From positions 832,001 to 896,000 of the forward strand of contig CAVRJO010000001.1 of NCBI GenBank assembly GCA_963722255.1: DNA of 64,000 bases. The letters run 5' to 3'. Positions 10,858 through 20,818 of the stretch are shown piece after piece. Origin of the DNA: Candidatus Babeliales bacterium. Lineage in GTDB: Bacteria > Babelota > Babeliae > Babelales > JANWKD01. Position numbers and translations under genes: made by a program. Within the stretch, counting starts at the first letter, position 1. Every line of letters begins with the position of its first letter. The notes under the pieces were generated by a model that searched no databases, was not told where the DNA came from, and was given only the letters and a program-made list of their open reading frames with translations.

Positions 10858-11115
10858 GAATTGTTCTTCTGGCTATAATGATTAAATATCAGACTATCGA
10901 TTACAATTGATACAATATTAGTAATATTTATGCTGTTTCTCAGTATAAGGCAAATAAGCTTTATTTGACAAATTAATAAAAAGAGTTATTTTTTGCATTA
11001 TCGTTAGTTCATTAAATTCTGTCATTTTTCACAAATAAAAATAGAATTTTGAATGCGCAATGATGTGCACAATAATGTCATTCTTAAACATTTTTTCTCA
11101 AATAGGTAGGTCCTC

Positions 11116-13335
11116 ATGAAACGTAAATGGTTTGGTCGGTTTGTAGTAAGCTTATATTTAATCAGTAATGTAGGGATCTATGCGTATGAAGATGAGAAAA
11201 ATGATATCCACCTTGATGATGATATTCTACTTAATGCATCCCAGCCACTGACCAAAATTGGACGTCCTTATGATGTTTTTAATAATGATAATGCGGAATT
11301 TGATTTAGCAAACCAAGAGGCTCCGATTAATAATACGGTTGCTGAATCTTATGCTGCAATTGAAACAACTGATGAGGGTGTAGATTTTTCTTTGCAAGAT
11401 GCTAATGGTAAAAAAAATTTTACACAAGAGGCCATGAGTTTTGGATGGAAAAACCTAACCGGTAAGTTCCAAATTAAATTTAAGCCGGAGACCTTTTTTG
11501 CCCGCAATGCTAATTTGTTGAATAATGCAAATCGAGAGGATTTTGTTCAGTTCAGTAGAAGTACGCTTGATGTTAACTTTGCTCTTGATTATGGCAAAGA
11601 TTGCTATGGGTATAATGTAGTAGACTTCTTTATGACAATGCGTAACAAGTCAATTTGGGGAAATCCTGAAAGTATTGTGCGCTCAACGGTTACAAAAATT
11701 AAAACATTAGAGAGTCTAGATTCGGGCCATGCCCATTTCATTACTCGTCAGCTGCTATGGATTCGTGAATTATGGTTTAATTTTAGCGTTAACGATGCCT
11801 TAAATCTGCCTTTTAAATCAAAAATATTTTTCATGTTAGGGGCATTTCCTTTTGAGCTTGGCCGTGGTATTGCGCTTGGTTCAGCATATGCGGTTAACCC
11901 GGGAGTTCTAGGATTTTTCTCTGATAATACTATTGATCAGTATGCATTTGGGTATAAATTGAACTCTGAATTTGTGCCAAATAAGTTGAGTCTAGATTTG
12001 TATGGTGCAATTTTACAAAATAAGGGCGATAGCTTTAATGCAACGGGTGAAAAGATATATGGTCAAAAATTTCGTCACTTATTACATCCTGCTCGTGGGC
12101 CTGGTCATGTAGATTTTGTAATTGCAACTCGTTTAAAATGGTTCCCCAAAAAAACGGAATGCACTGTTATCTCGTTTGAACCCTACCTTTTATATAATAA
12201 TAATCCGGAACAAAGTATTGAATTTTTAGCTGATGCGGCATCACGTTTGGGAACAGCCGGTTTGTCAGGAGAATTTGTATATAAGAATTTTGAATGTGGC
12301 TTTGATGGTGCAAAAAACTTTGGTGAGCAGCTTGTTTGGGGTTGGGATCGCAATGTTATCGATCGTGAAAACAGAACAGGGGTATTTACCTTAGTAAACA
12401 GTCAGGTTGTTACCGCTGATCCTTCGGTAAATCCAAAAGCGCCAAAAGTTGTATTTTCGCCAAATGATGCTAATGGAAAAAACATTCAAACCATTATTGA
12501 TACTTCGGCACAAGATGCTTCTCAAAATGGTAAATTAATCGGCAATGCTATTGATCCGCAAACAGGATTGCCTATTCAGTTATTTAATAGTCTTAATAGA
12601 TTTAGAAATCAGTATCGCAACAAACTCTTAGGATGGATGTTTGTAGCTGATGCAGGCTATTGGTTTTGTGACAGAACGTTCCGTATTGCCGGTGGTGGCG
12701 GAGTTGCTTCTGGAGATGAAGATCCAAATAAAGATATTCATAATCCAAATGATAGTAATGTTGATGGGGATTTCAAAGGCTTTATTGGCTTGCAGGAAAT
12801 TTACACAGGTAATGATAGGTTGCAAAGTGTGTTTTTATTAGGTGGTGCCGGAAGAATTCCTCGTCCATTAACGACGCCATCGCAAGCATCCAACGTTTTA
12901 GTTACGTTACCAACGGTTGTTTCAGGCTTTACCAATATAGTATTTACCGGTGGTTCATTATTGTGGACGCCGAAATTTGAAAGTAAACCATTTAAGCTTC
13001 GCCCAAACATTTTGTTCTATTGGCAGCAACATGCGACCAAAAAATTTGATATTGCAACAAAAATGAGCTCAATGGAGTTTGCACGTAACTTCTTAGGCAC
13101 AGAGCTTAATACCTTCTTTGATATAAACTTGTTGCGTGAGCTTAAACTTTTTGTTGTTGGTTCTGTCTTTATTCCCGGCGGCCATTTTACCGATATTAAA
13201 GGCACACCGCTTAATAGAGATCAGCAAAAGCTACTTGACCTATTGGATCCAACGGGCGTTGATATTGACCCAATTCCATTGCTTGGTAATGATACAGCGT
13301 ATACACTTAATATTGGATTAGAGTATAGATTTTAA
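11116..13335 (+). CDS. Outer-membrane beta-barrel protein (possibly alginate-export/porin-like)
   Basis: Signal peptide, amphipathic beta-strands, ASGDEDP and LGTELN segments, C-terminal BAM-type signal YTLNIGLEYRF. Confidence 0.7.
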   Translation: MKRKWFGRFVVSLYLISNVGIYAYEDEKNDIHLDDDILLNASQPLTKIGRPYDVFNNDNAEFDLANQEAPINNTVAESYAAIETTDEGVDFSLQDANGKKNFTQEAMSFGWKNLTGKFQIKFKPETFFARNANLLNNANREDFVQFSRSTLDVNFALDYGKDCYGYNVVDFFMTMRNKSIWGNPESIVRSTVTKIKTLESLDSGHAHFITRQLLWIRELWFNFSVNDALNLPFKSKIFFMLGAFPFELGRGIALGSAYAVNPGVLGFFSDNTIDQYAFGYKLNSEFVPNKLSLDLYGAILQNKGDSFNATGEKIYGQKFRHLLHPARGPGHVDFVIATRLKWFPKKTECTVISFEPYLLYNNNPEQSIEFLADAASRLGTAGLSGEFVYKNFECGFDGAKNFGEQLVWGWDRNVIDRENRTGVFTLVNSQVVTADPSVNPKAPKVVFSPNDANGKNIQTIIDTSAQDASQNGKLIGNAIDPQTGLPIQLFNSLNRFRNQYRNKLLGWMFVADAGYWFCDRTFRIAGGGGVASGDEDPNKDIHNPNDSNVDGDFKGFIGLQEIYTGNDRLQSVFLLGGAGRIPRPLTTPSQASNVLVTLPTVVSGFTNIVFTGGSLLWTPKFESKPFKLRPNILFYWQQHATKKFDIATKMSSMEFARNFLGTELNTFFDINLLRELKLFVVGSVFIPGGHFTDIKGTPLNRDQQKLLDLLDPTGVDIDPIPLLGNDTAYTLNIGLEYRF

Positions 13336-13543
13336 CAGCTTGAATATAAAGGAATTACCCATGTTATTTGTTATTGTTTTTTTATTGCAGATGTGTTTGA
13401 GTTCATATACAGATTACCGGGAGCTATTTTATTTGGGTTTGAGTTTTGCTAAGAAATAGTTTATAGCAAACTCCGTATTTTTTTATGTAATATAAGTCAT
13501 AATGATAATGGTATAGTGTATAAAAAAATACAAGGAGTTTTTA

Positions 13544-13759
13544 ATGAATAAAATTATTTATAGTTTAGGCTTATTGTTCTGTGTGTCAGCGCTTGAGTCT
13601 ATGCAGCAAGATAAACCGATAAAAGTCTCAAATAATCCAAAAGATAATTCGGTAGTGCTTAATAAAGAAGGACAATCGCAGAGAAAAATTAACACAGAAT
13701 GTGTATGTTGTGGCAAGGACGTAGATCATGTGATGAAGCTCTATCAAGAAAATCGGTAG
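13544..13759 (+). CDS. Small secreted hypothetical protein
   Basis: AAGGAG RBS; signal peptide then MQQ; CVCCG motif. Confidence 0.65.
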   Translation: MNKIIYSLGLLFCVSALESMQQDKPIKVSNNPKDNSVVLNKEGQSQRKINTECVCCGKDVDHVMKLYQENR

Positions 13760-13767
13760 TTTTGGAA

Positions 13768-13798
13768 GGGCGATTAAATTACTACAAAGAAATCGCCC
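13768..13798. terminator. Probable terminator between convergent genes
   Basis: GGGCGATT...AATCGCCC stem followed by a T-run; long (15 nt) loop. Confidence 0.5.
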
Positions 13799-13818
13799 CT
13801 TTTAATTTTTTAAGCCTC

Positions 13819-14352
13819 TTACTTGTTAAGCTTTATGAATTCTGAAGCCGCGGGCTCGTCACCTAGTTTTTTGATAATATTTGCCACAAAGTTTACGAAT
13901 TCTTGTTTTGTTTTAAAGCCTGCTGCAGAACGTAACGTGCCTCGAATATTGACTGGAATAAAACCAATTCCTTCAATATTGAATACAGATTCTTGGTTGC
14001 TGGTAAGAAAAATAACAAAATTTTTAAATATAAGATTTTTAGGGGACTGGTTAAGGCGTTTTATTATTTGTTCAGTTGTATTTTTATCGAAAGGGTAGAG
14101 AGGTCTATTAAAAATGTCATTTAAATATCCAGCTAAATCAACTAGTTTGCTACTAATGTTCTTTTCTATCTGATATTTGCCTTCATAAACATATGTTCCT
14201 ACCTTCATATTTTTAATGTCATTAATGATCACCCCAATTTTAATTAATCTGTTTACAACAAGATTTTCAGGCGTTTCTTTTTGTCCTGCATTCACTGATG
14301 TTATAAGAAGCCCGCTTAGTATAAGGCGCATTAATTTTATAGAATTTTTCAT
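13819..14352 (-). CDS. Secreted hypothetical protein
   Basis: CAGGAG RBS before ATG 14352; signal MKNSIKLMRLILSGLLITSVNA. Confidence 0.7.
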   Translation of the reverse strand: MKNSIKLMRLILSGLLITSVNAGQKETPENLVVNRLIKIGVIINDIKNMKVGTYVYEGKYQIEKNISSKLVDLAGYLNDIFNRPLYPFDKNTTEQIIKRLNQSPKNLIFKNFVIFLTSNQESVFNIEGIGFIPVNIRGTLRSAAGFKTKQEFVNFVANIIKKLGDEPAASEFIKLNK

Positions 14353-14535
14353 GTTAAAATCTCCTGTTTTATCGATTAAAATTAGTTTTTTTAAAAGTAT
14401 ATCTATATTTGAGTATAATAAATTATTATTCAAATATTCAATAATACAAACAATAACTCATTATAACTCTGGAATTATCAAACTTAAAGATGGTACAATT
14501 TTTTGACTGGTTTAAAAGCACAAGGGAACTCTTTT

Positions 14536-14895
14536 ATGAATAAAATACAAGTAATGCTCTTATTAATGATGGTGTCTTTATCAAAATGTATGGAAAATGA
14601 ATTTCGGGAAGGTAGTAGTTCTTCATCAAGCACAGAACGCACTCAAGAAGGTTATTTAAGTGAAATTTTGGGTAGCGACTTGGATACGTTGTCTTCTGAT
14701 TCTCCGTTAACATCACCACGTGAATGTGATGAAAATCCGGTTGAAAAAACCGCTTTGTTTCCAAAAAAGATAACCGATAAAAGCTCGCTTTCTGATCAAG
14801 ATACCTCATGTATTTGTTGGTTATGTTGTTGCTTATTTTGTGCGACAAGAAAGAATGAGGGGGCGCAAGCGGTCTACAAGGCCATTGAGAAGTAA
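14536..14895 (+). CDS. Secreted Ser-rich protein with Cys-rich hydrophobic C-terminal segment
   Basis: Signal then MEN; SSSSSS, SPLTSPR, CICWLCCCLFC. Confidence 0.7.
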   Translation: MNKIQVMLLLMMVSLSKCMENEFREGSSSSSSTERTQEGYLSEILGSDLDTLSSDSPLTSPRECDENPVEKTALFPKKITDKSSLSDQDTSCICWLCCCLFCATRKNEGAQAVYKAIEK

Positions 14896-14985
14896 GTTTT
14901 ATGAGCACCACGTTTTAACTCTTTAAAAAGATGCTATACTAAGTAAGTAAAAAATAATTAATTGTGCTTAGTGTAGAGAGCAACC

Positions 14986-16755
14986 ATGCAAAAATTTTAT
15001 AAACGCACGACCGGGTGCGGTTTACTTGATGAGACATTTTTAGGTAAGACTGTTGATATTTCAGGATGGGTCAATTCTCGTCGTGACCATGGAGGCCTTA
15101 TTTTTGTCGATCTTCGAGATCGGAGTGGTTTTATGCAGTTGGTTTTCAATCCTGCATTTTCTGCTGAAGCGCATACACTTGCTCATTCATTACGTTCTGA
15201 ATTTGTTATATCAGTTACGGGAAAAGTGGTTGAACGTTCTCCAGAAACGATTAATACAGAAATGAAGACAGGTAATTATGAGTTAGCGGTAACCGGACTT
15301 ACTATCTTAAACAAATCAAAAACATTGCCATTTGCTCTTGATGCTGAAAATATTGATGAAGAATTGCGTCTTAAATATCGTTATATTGATTTACGCAGAC
15401 CAAGTATGCAAAATCATCTTTCATTGCGCCATTGGATTGTGTTTGCAATGCGGGCATTTTTGCATGAACAGACTTTTTACGAAATTGAAACACCCATATT
15501 AACAAAAAATACTCCTGAGGGGGCTCGAGAATTTTTAGTACCATCCAGAATAAATGAGGGTTGTTTTTATGCATTACCGCAATCACCGCAACTTTATAAA
15601 CAACTTTTAATGGCGAGCGGCTATGAACGTTATTTTCAGGTAGCCCGTTGTTTTAGAGATGAAGATTTGCGTGCTGATCGTCAGCCTGAATTTACTCAAC
15701 TTGATATTGAAATGTCATTTGTCTATGAAGATGATATAATGCGCCTTATTGAAAATCTTTTTGCGTATATTTTGAAAAATCTTTTTGGTATGGAATTGGC
15801 ACTTCCACTTCCTCGTATGACCTATGATGATGCTTTTGATGCCTACGGTTCAGATAAGCCCGATTTACGCTTTGATTTAAAGATTCATACCTTTACAGAA
15901 ATTTTCAAAGATACTGAACTTACCTTTTTGAGAAAGATTTTAGACAAAGGAGGCAAGATTGGTGGCTTATATGTCCATGGTAAAAATTTTACCCGCTCCG
16001 AGCTTGATGGACTTGTTGATTGGGCGCAAAAAACATGTAACAGTGGCCTAGTATGGATTCGTGTGGGAGAAAATAATAGCTTAGAAGCTCCCGTTGCAAA
16101 ATTTTTCCCTGCTGATTTTTTTGCTCGTTTGCAAACAGTTTGTCCAACGTTGCAAAAAGGCGATACGCTCTTTTTAATTGCCGGTGACTATGAAGATGCT
16201 TGGACGTATTTGGGTAGATTGCGTTTAGAATTGGCACGCATGCTGAATGTTATTCCTGAAGGGCAACTGCATTTTTCTTGGGTTACAGATTTTCCTTTGT
16301 TTGAATTTGAAAAAGATTCTAAGACATGGAACTCAAAACACCATCCATTTACTTCGCCTGCTGCTGGCTGGGAACAACAAGAATCTGGTCAAATGAAAGC
16401 GCGCGCCTATGATATTATTTTAAATGGGGTAGAGCTTGGTGGCGGTTCAATTAGAATTTTTGATAAAGAAACACAGCACAAAGTATTTAAATTATTGGGT
16501 CTTGATGAGCATGCTATGCAAGAAAAGTTTGGATTCTTGCTTGAAGCACAAGAATTTGGCTTTCCGCCTCATGGTGGAATTGCTTTAGGAATTGATCGTT
16601 TAATTATGTTACTTGCTAATGCACAATCGATTCGCGAAGTAATTGCATTTCCAAAAACTGCACGAGGTCATGATCCTATGATGCAATCTCCTACTGGTGT
16701 TGATGATAAGCAGCTTCGTGATTATGGTCTTAAATTGCTTCATCCTAAAAAATAG
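14986..16755 (+). CDS. aspS: Aspartate--tRNA ligase (probably non-discriminating)
   Basis: RRDHGGLIFVDLRD, ALPQSPQ, FRDEDLRADRQPEFTQLD, HHPFT, PPHGGIALGIDR. His in RDHGG is typical of non-discriminating enzymes. Confidence 0.98.
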   Translation: MQKFYKRTTGCGLLDETFLGKTVDISGWVNSRRDHGGLIFVDLRDRSGFMQLVFNPAFSAEAHTLAHSLRSEFVISVTGKVVERSPETINTEMKTGNYELAVTGLTILNKSKTLPFALDAENIDEELRLKYRYIDLRRPSMQNHLSLRHWIVFAMRAFLHEQTFYEIETPILTKNTPEGAREFLVPSRINEGCFYALPQSPQLYKQLLMASGYERYFQVARCFRDEDLRADRQPEFTQLDIEMSFVYEDDIMRLIENLFAYILKNLFGMELALPLPRMTYDDAFDAYGSDKPDLRFDLKIHTFTEIFKDTELTFLRKILDKGGKIGGLYVHGKNFTRSELDGLVDWAQKTCNSGLVWIRVGENNSLEAPVAKFFPADFFARLQTVCPTLQKGDTLFLIAGDYEDAWTYLGRLRLELARMLNVIPEGQLHFSWVTDFPLFEFEKDSKTWNSKHHPFTSPAAGWEQQESGQMKARAYDIILNGVELGGGSIRIFDKETQHKVFKLLGLDEHAMQEKFGFLLEAQEFGFPPHGGIALGIDRLIMLLANAQSIREVIAFPKTARGHDPMMQSPTGVDDKQLRDYGLKLLHPKK

Positions 16756-16764
16756 TTTAATAAG

Positions 16765-16797
16765 AAAGAGACTTGTACTTTTTATACAGGTCTCTTT
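16765..16797. terminator. Bidirectional terminator
   Basis: AAAGAGACTTGTA/TACAGGTCTCTTT stem with one G-U pair, between convergent genes. Confidence 0.7.
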
Positions 16798-16808
16798 AAA
16801 AAAGATTA

Positions 16809-17303
16809 TTATAAATTAGCCTTTTTACTTTGCTTGTTTTTGCTTGCTTTTATTTCGATAAATAGTTTGTAGTTAGGATTAGGCATTGTATCTTCCCATT
16901 TATGAAGTGAAGTTTTTTTTGCCAATGATGGATACATCGTATTGAGTATTTCTATTGCTTGCTTTGCATCATTAATATTTTGAAAATAGAGTTTGCTTTT
17001 TTTAATAGTATCAAAAGAAAGCCCATGTTTGCCTAATTTCCTTATGAGCTCTTTTGCAATTTCATGAGTTTGTGTATCGGCAGTTTTAGTTAGAACGGGG
17101 AATTGTATAATTTCTATTGGTTTTTGTGTTTCAAAGAGTAGTTCATTTTTTACTCTAAAAAGCTCTTCTGCTTTTTCATATAGTTTTTCTGCAGTATTGA
17201 TTATCGTATCTTCTATTTTTTTATACATGCCAAAGTTATTGCAATAAACAAAAAATATTAGGATCAATAAGATATAGTTGTTAATTATTTTCATGAGTTT
17301 CAC
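16809..17303 (-). CDS. Secreted protein with RidA/YjgF-like C-terminal domain
   Basis: Signal-like N-terminus. QT..I..EL...LGKHGLSFDTIKKSKLYFQNIND...PNYKLFIEIKAS follows the RidA pattern. Confidence 0.55.
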   Translation of the reverse strand: MKLMKIINNYILLILIFFVYCNNFGMYKKIEDTIINTAEKLYEKAEELFRVKNELLFETQKPIEIIQFPVLTKTADTQTHEIAKELIRKLGKHGLSFDTIKKSKLYFQNINDAKQAIEILNTMYPSLAKKTSLHKWEDTMPNPNYKLFIEIKASKNKQSKKANL

Positions 17304-17459
17304 CTTGTGGTACTAAATTAAATTTGATTATACTTTCTTTAATTATACCAAATTTATATATAATTATAAATAGTATTATTTTTTTAAGAGCTAAAAAAGC
17401 TCTTAGTATGTAGACAAGTGTAATTGAATGCAAAATTTTAAGGATGAATGCTGAAAAAA

Positions 17460-17873
17460 TTAACTGAAGTTAACAGATTCTGTCAATTTTTTTAATACAG
17501 CATAGTGATTATCTATTTTTGCACATAATTCCTGTGCATTTTCTTCATTGTAAACATGTGTTGTAGCATTACGAATTTCAACGATCTCTAAAAGTTGTTC
17601 TAATTCTTGTTCATTAATTATCTTATTGTTCATACAAGCTTTAAAAACTGTCTTTGATCCTGTGGTCTCTGATCCATATTTGTCAAAGAGATATGCTTTA
17701 TAAAATTTCCATAACATTTCAAAATAAAGTTCAAAATGTTTAATAACAGATGCAGTATATGCTTCTAATTCTGCTTGTGAGGTACCCGGATGTTTTTTAT
17801 AGAGCTCTAAAGCTCGCTCAAAAGCCTTTTGTGATTTTATAAGTGCTTTATATTTATATTCTACTTTTTCCAT
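17460..17873 (-). CDS. HEPN-domain toxin (HI0074-like nucleotidyltransferase substrate-binding family)
   Basis: VIKHFELYFEMLWK and the RX4H RNase motif RNATTH followed by VY. Confidence 0.85.
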   Translation of the reverse strand: MEKVEYKYKALIKSQKAFERALELYKKHPGTSQAELEAYTASVIKHFELYFEMLWKFYKAYLFDKYGSETTGSKTVFKACMNNKIINEQELEQLLEIVEIRNATTHVYNEENAQELCAKIDNHYAVLKKLTESVNFS

Positions 17874-18154
17874 ACTATTCCATCTTTAACTATATTTTGT
17901 TGTAACTCACTGGGTATTGCGTGAAAATCAACAACGTCAGTATTCTGAATAAGATTGAGGCATTCAATCATATTTCTAATTTTTTGGAGCTCAACGATAT
18001 CTATTTTATGATCATTATCGATAGCTATATCAATATCTGACCCTAATTTATTTTCCCCGCGCGCATATGAGCCAAAAAGATATATTTTAGCATTAGGAAA
18101 AAACATACTAATTATAGCAATGATTCTGTTTTTTTGTTGTATAGAATTGTTCAC
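17861..18154 (-). CDS. Minimal nucleotidyltransferase (MNT) antitoxin
   Basis: LFGSYARGENKLGSDID matches GSX10DXD; overlaps the HEPN gene. Confidence 0.88.
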   Translation of the reverse strand: MNNSIQQKNRIIAIISMFFPNAKIYLFGSYARGENKLGSDIDIAIDNDHKIDIVELQKIRNMIECLNLIQNTDVVDFHAIPSELQQNIVKDGIVWKK

Positions 18155-18242
18155 AATGTTCCTTATACTATTTTAAAGTCTTTTCATTATAGAATAAAAA
18201 CAACACATAAAACAATTTTTATGTATGGTAATACAGCTAATC

Positions 18243-18542
18243 TTAGTGTTTCTTACTTTTTTTACGGCGTACAAAAATAGATAATGAGCCAAAAAGGATA
18301 GCAATGAATGCATAAAATAAGATTAGTGTTTTAGGTGCTATACCATACGATTTTAAAATATAGTGTAACAAACTAAATGCAATAAAAGTACCTAGGATAA
18401 TTAAAGTTAATCTTGGGGTAATTATTTTTTTAAAATCCCATCCAAAGATACGTGATGCACAATATGCAAGAATTAGTCCAACTGCTGTCCCTAAAATAAC
18501 GCCTATGATTGATGCAATTGTGTTTAATAAAAGTTGATTCAT
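18243..18542 (-). CDS. Small 3-TM membrane protein
   Basis: Three hydrophobic helices; similar to neighbour (AYCASRIFG vs AYSASKIWG). Confidence 0.7.
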   Translation of the reverse strand: MNQLLLNTIASIIGVILGTAVGLILAYCASRIFGWDFKKIITPRLTLIILGTFIAFSLLHYILKSYGIAPKTLILFYAFIAILFGSLSIFVRRKKSKKH

Positions 18543-18856
18543 TTATTGTTTCCTTTTTTATAATATTTTTTTGCTAAAATGACGAAAAAAATAATAATGG
18601 CTACTGTGTTTACAACTACAAAAACTGTTTGATAGCGCTGTAAGTTTTGTGCAAAACCAAATTTGCGCGCTATTACTTGCAAAACATAGCTAAGCTCACA
18701 ACCAAGAATAATTAAAAAAAATAAATTGAGTGGCTTTCTTATTTGAAACCCCCATATTTTTGAAGCACTATAAGCAACCGCATATATGATTGCTGCAAGA
18801 ATGCATCCTGCTCCTGCCCAAACAAGTAATCCTAGCAAAAAATTGTAGATTTCCAT
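18539..18856 (-). CDS. Small 3-TM membrane protein (paralog of 18243..18542)
   Basis: Three hydrophobic helices; overlaps the next gene; AAGGGA RBS. Confidence 0.7.
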   Translation of the reverse strand: MEIYNFLLGLLVWAGAGCILAAIIYAVAYSASKIWGFQIRKPLNLFFLIILGCELSYVLQVIARKFGFAQNLQRYQTVFVVVNTVAIIIFFVILAKKYYKKGNNK

Positions 18857-19071
18857 TTTTATCCCTTTTTTTCTTATTTTTACATGCCATTTATTGTAAG
18901 CATATCTGATATTTTGGCTTCAATTCAATAATTTATCAATTTTGATATTTTATAGTAGATGAATTATGATTTTTTCGACTATTGCAAATAGAAACTGTAT
19001 TTTGATACTCTATTAATTAGATAATTAAAAAAATAGTGCTTTAAAAACAGCCAATAATTGGGGAGGATATT

Positions 19072-19524
19072 GTGAAGAAAATAGTAGTTATAACTTTTTT
19101 AGCAGCAAGTTTGCTTTTACAAAAAAACAATTTTGCGCAAGAAAATCATAAACTTTTGATTGAAAATAAAACTGATCAAGAATTATATATCGATGTAGAA
19201 AGTTCTTTTAAATGTGTTTCAACATCCCCGAGAACTAACTGCGGCTTTCTCGCAGGAAAAAAAACAATGCTTGATTTTTCTCTAGAACCAAAAACAACTA
19301 AAGATATACAGGCTGAGATAATAAAAGAACTTAATATAAATCCTCAGAAAATGAAAATAGTGATCGAGTCTATCGCAATAAGAGGTATTGTTGATAAATT
19401 TGATAAAATAAAGATTTATGGAAGTAATAAATTGGTAAGTCCACAAAAAACTCACTACGCTGTAACCATTAGAAATAATAAAGAGTATCATGTAGATCAG
19501 TTGATAATTGAAGAAGTGAAATAG
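19072..19524 (+). CDS. Secreted hypothetical protein (IxNxT family)
   Basis: GGAGG RBS, GTG start, signal peptide, LLIENKT. Confidence 0.75.
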   Translation: MKKIVVITFLAASLLLQKNNFAQENHKLLIENKTDQELYIDVESSFKCVSTSPRTNCGFLAGKKTMLDFSLEPKTTKDIQAEIIKELNINPQKMKIVIESIAIRGIVDKFDKIKIYGSNKLVSPQKTHYAVTIRNNKEYHVDQLIIEEVK

Positions 19525-19576
19525 GTAATTAAAAAGATATATGTAATTATAAATGAATTTAATTAAGGAGAATGAC

Positions 19577-19939
19577 ATGAAGAAGGTTTTTATACTGATC
19601 TTGAGTATAATTATAGTGGTTTCATCTCAAATAGAAGCTCAAGTAAAAGGTCATATTTTAAACAAAACGCCTTATGATATTTTTCTTATATTGCCATATT
19701 CTTCTTATACCAATACTTGGGTTGTTAAAACAGGTTCTAGTAAAGACTTTTATAATGGTGACAACTCAGTTACGATTTCTTTTCCACCTTATGTCGATAC
19801 AAGTGGGTTTGCCAAAGCTCCAGCAGTGAATAATTTGGAAAGCGGGAATTATGTGGTTACATTTGATAAAAATACACAGAAGTTTGCTATAACAAAATTA
19901 CCTATATCAAAAAGCGCAGCTCTTCAGGGTAAAAAATAA
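19577..19939 (+). CDS. Secreted hypothetical protein (IxNxT family)
   Basis: AAGGAG RBS; signal ending IEA; GHILNKTPYDI. Confidence 0.75.
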   Translation: MKKVFILILSIIIVVSSQIEAQVKGHILNKTPYDIFLILPYSSYTNTWVVKTGSSKDFYNGDNSVTISFPPYVDTSGFAKAPAVNNLESGNYVVTFDKNTQKFAITKLPISKSAALQGKK

Positions 19940-19975
19940 TGAACGAAATTAAAATTAAATAAAGGGAGAATAAAA

Positions 19976-20293
19976 ATGAAGAAGATAGTTATAGTAATTT
20001 TAAGTGCATTACTAGTTGTTTCAACGCAAGTTGATGCGGGGACAATTATTAATAATACAAATTATAATGTAAGCATTTATGGATATGGTACTATGGTGCT
20101 TGCACCTCGAACTACATGGCAAATTCCGCCCACTGCTAAAAAATTATCCGGTATAGAGTTGATGACGAATACTAATTTTGAAGGAGATGTGGATCCACGA
20201 TTTAATTATGAACTTATACTAGATCCTACTAAAAAACAATATGTTATCAAAAAGCTTATGCAGTCTATACAAGGTTCTGTGGTAAAAAAATAG
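19976..20293 (+). CDS. Secreted hypothetical protein (IxNxT family)
   Basis: GGGAG RBS; signal ending VDA; GTIINNTNYNV. Confidence 0.75.
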   Translation: MKKIVIVILSALLVVSTQVDAGTIINNTNYNVSIYGYGTMVLAPRTTWQIPPTAKKLSGIELMTNTNFEGDVDPRFNYELILDPTKKQYVIKKLMQSIQGSVVKK

Positions 20294-20323
20294 TAAATTT
20301 GTGGTTGGATAAGGAATAATTGA

Positions 20324-20725
20324 ATGTGTAGGATTACAAAAAACATTGTTTATGTATTAGTAGTAGCGATTATGATTTGGCATACTGGGTCAATGCTTGC
20401 TAAGGGTTATATGGCATTAAAGCTTGATGTTGGCTATGAAGCAGAACATCAACGGCCTACAAATGCCATGGGAACTAGAGTTGGTGAATCTGATACCAGA
20501 AATTTTATCCAAAATTATGGCTTAACGACTAATCCGAATCCAACATACAACAGTATTGAAGGAGCTCAATCATATAAAGAGATGTCCGGCGATTATTATG
20601 GAGCTGATGAATTTGAAGAAATTTCCGGTTTTACAGAAAGTGAAAGTTCACATCCTTTTGCTCGAGATATTGAAGAACAAACGCGTGTTTCAGTTGATCA
20701 CCCCTATGAACATCAATTTGATTAA
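20324..20725 (+). CDS. Secreted acidic hypothetical protein
   Basis: AAGGA RBS; hydrophobic N-terminus; acidic C-terminus. Confidence 0.65.
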   Translation: MCRITKNIVYVLVVAIMIWHTGSMLAKGYMALKLDVGYEAEHQRPTNAMGTRVGESDTRNFIQNYGLTTNPNPTYNSIEGAQSYKEMSGDYYGADEFEEISGFTESESSHPFARDIEEQTRVSVDHPYEHQFD

Positions 20726-20818
20726 AATAACTATTTATTGCAAAAAAGATTTTTGATTATTTACACTTAACTTTATATAAGCATATTTTTTACTCGTGTA
20801 AAGTAGGTAAGGTTTTTA

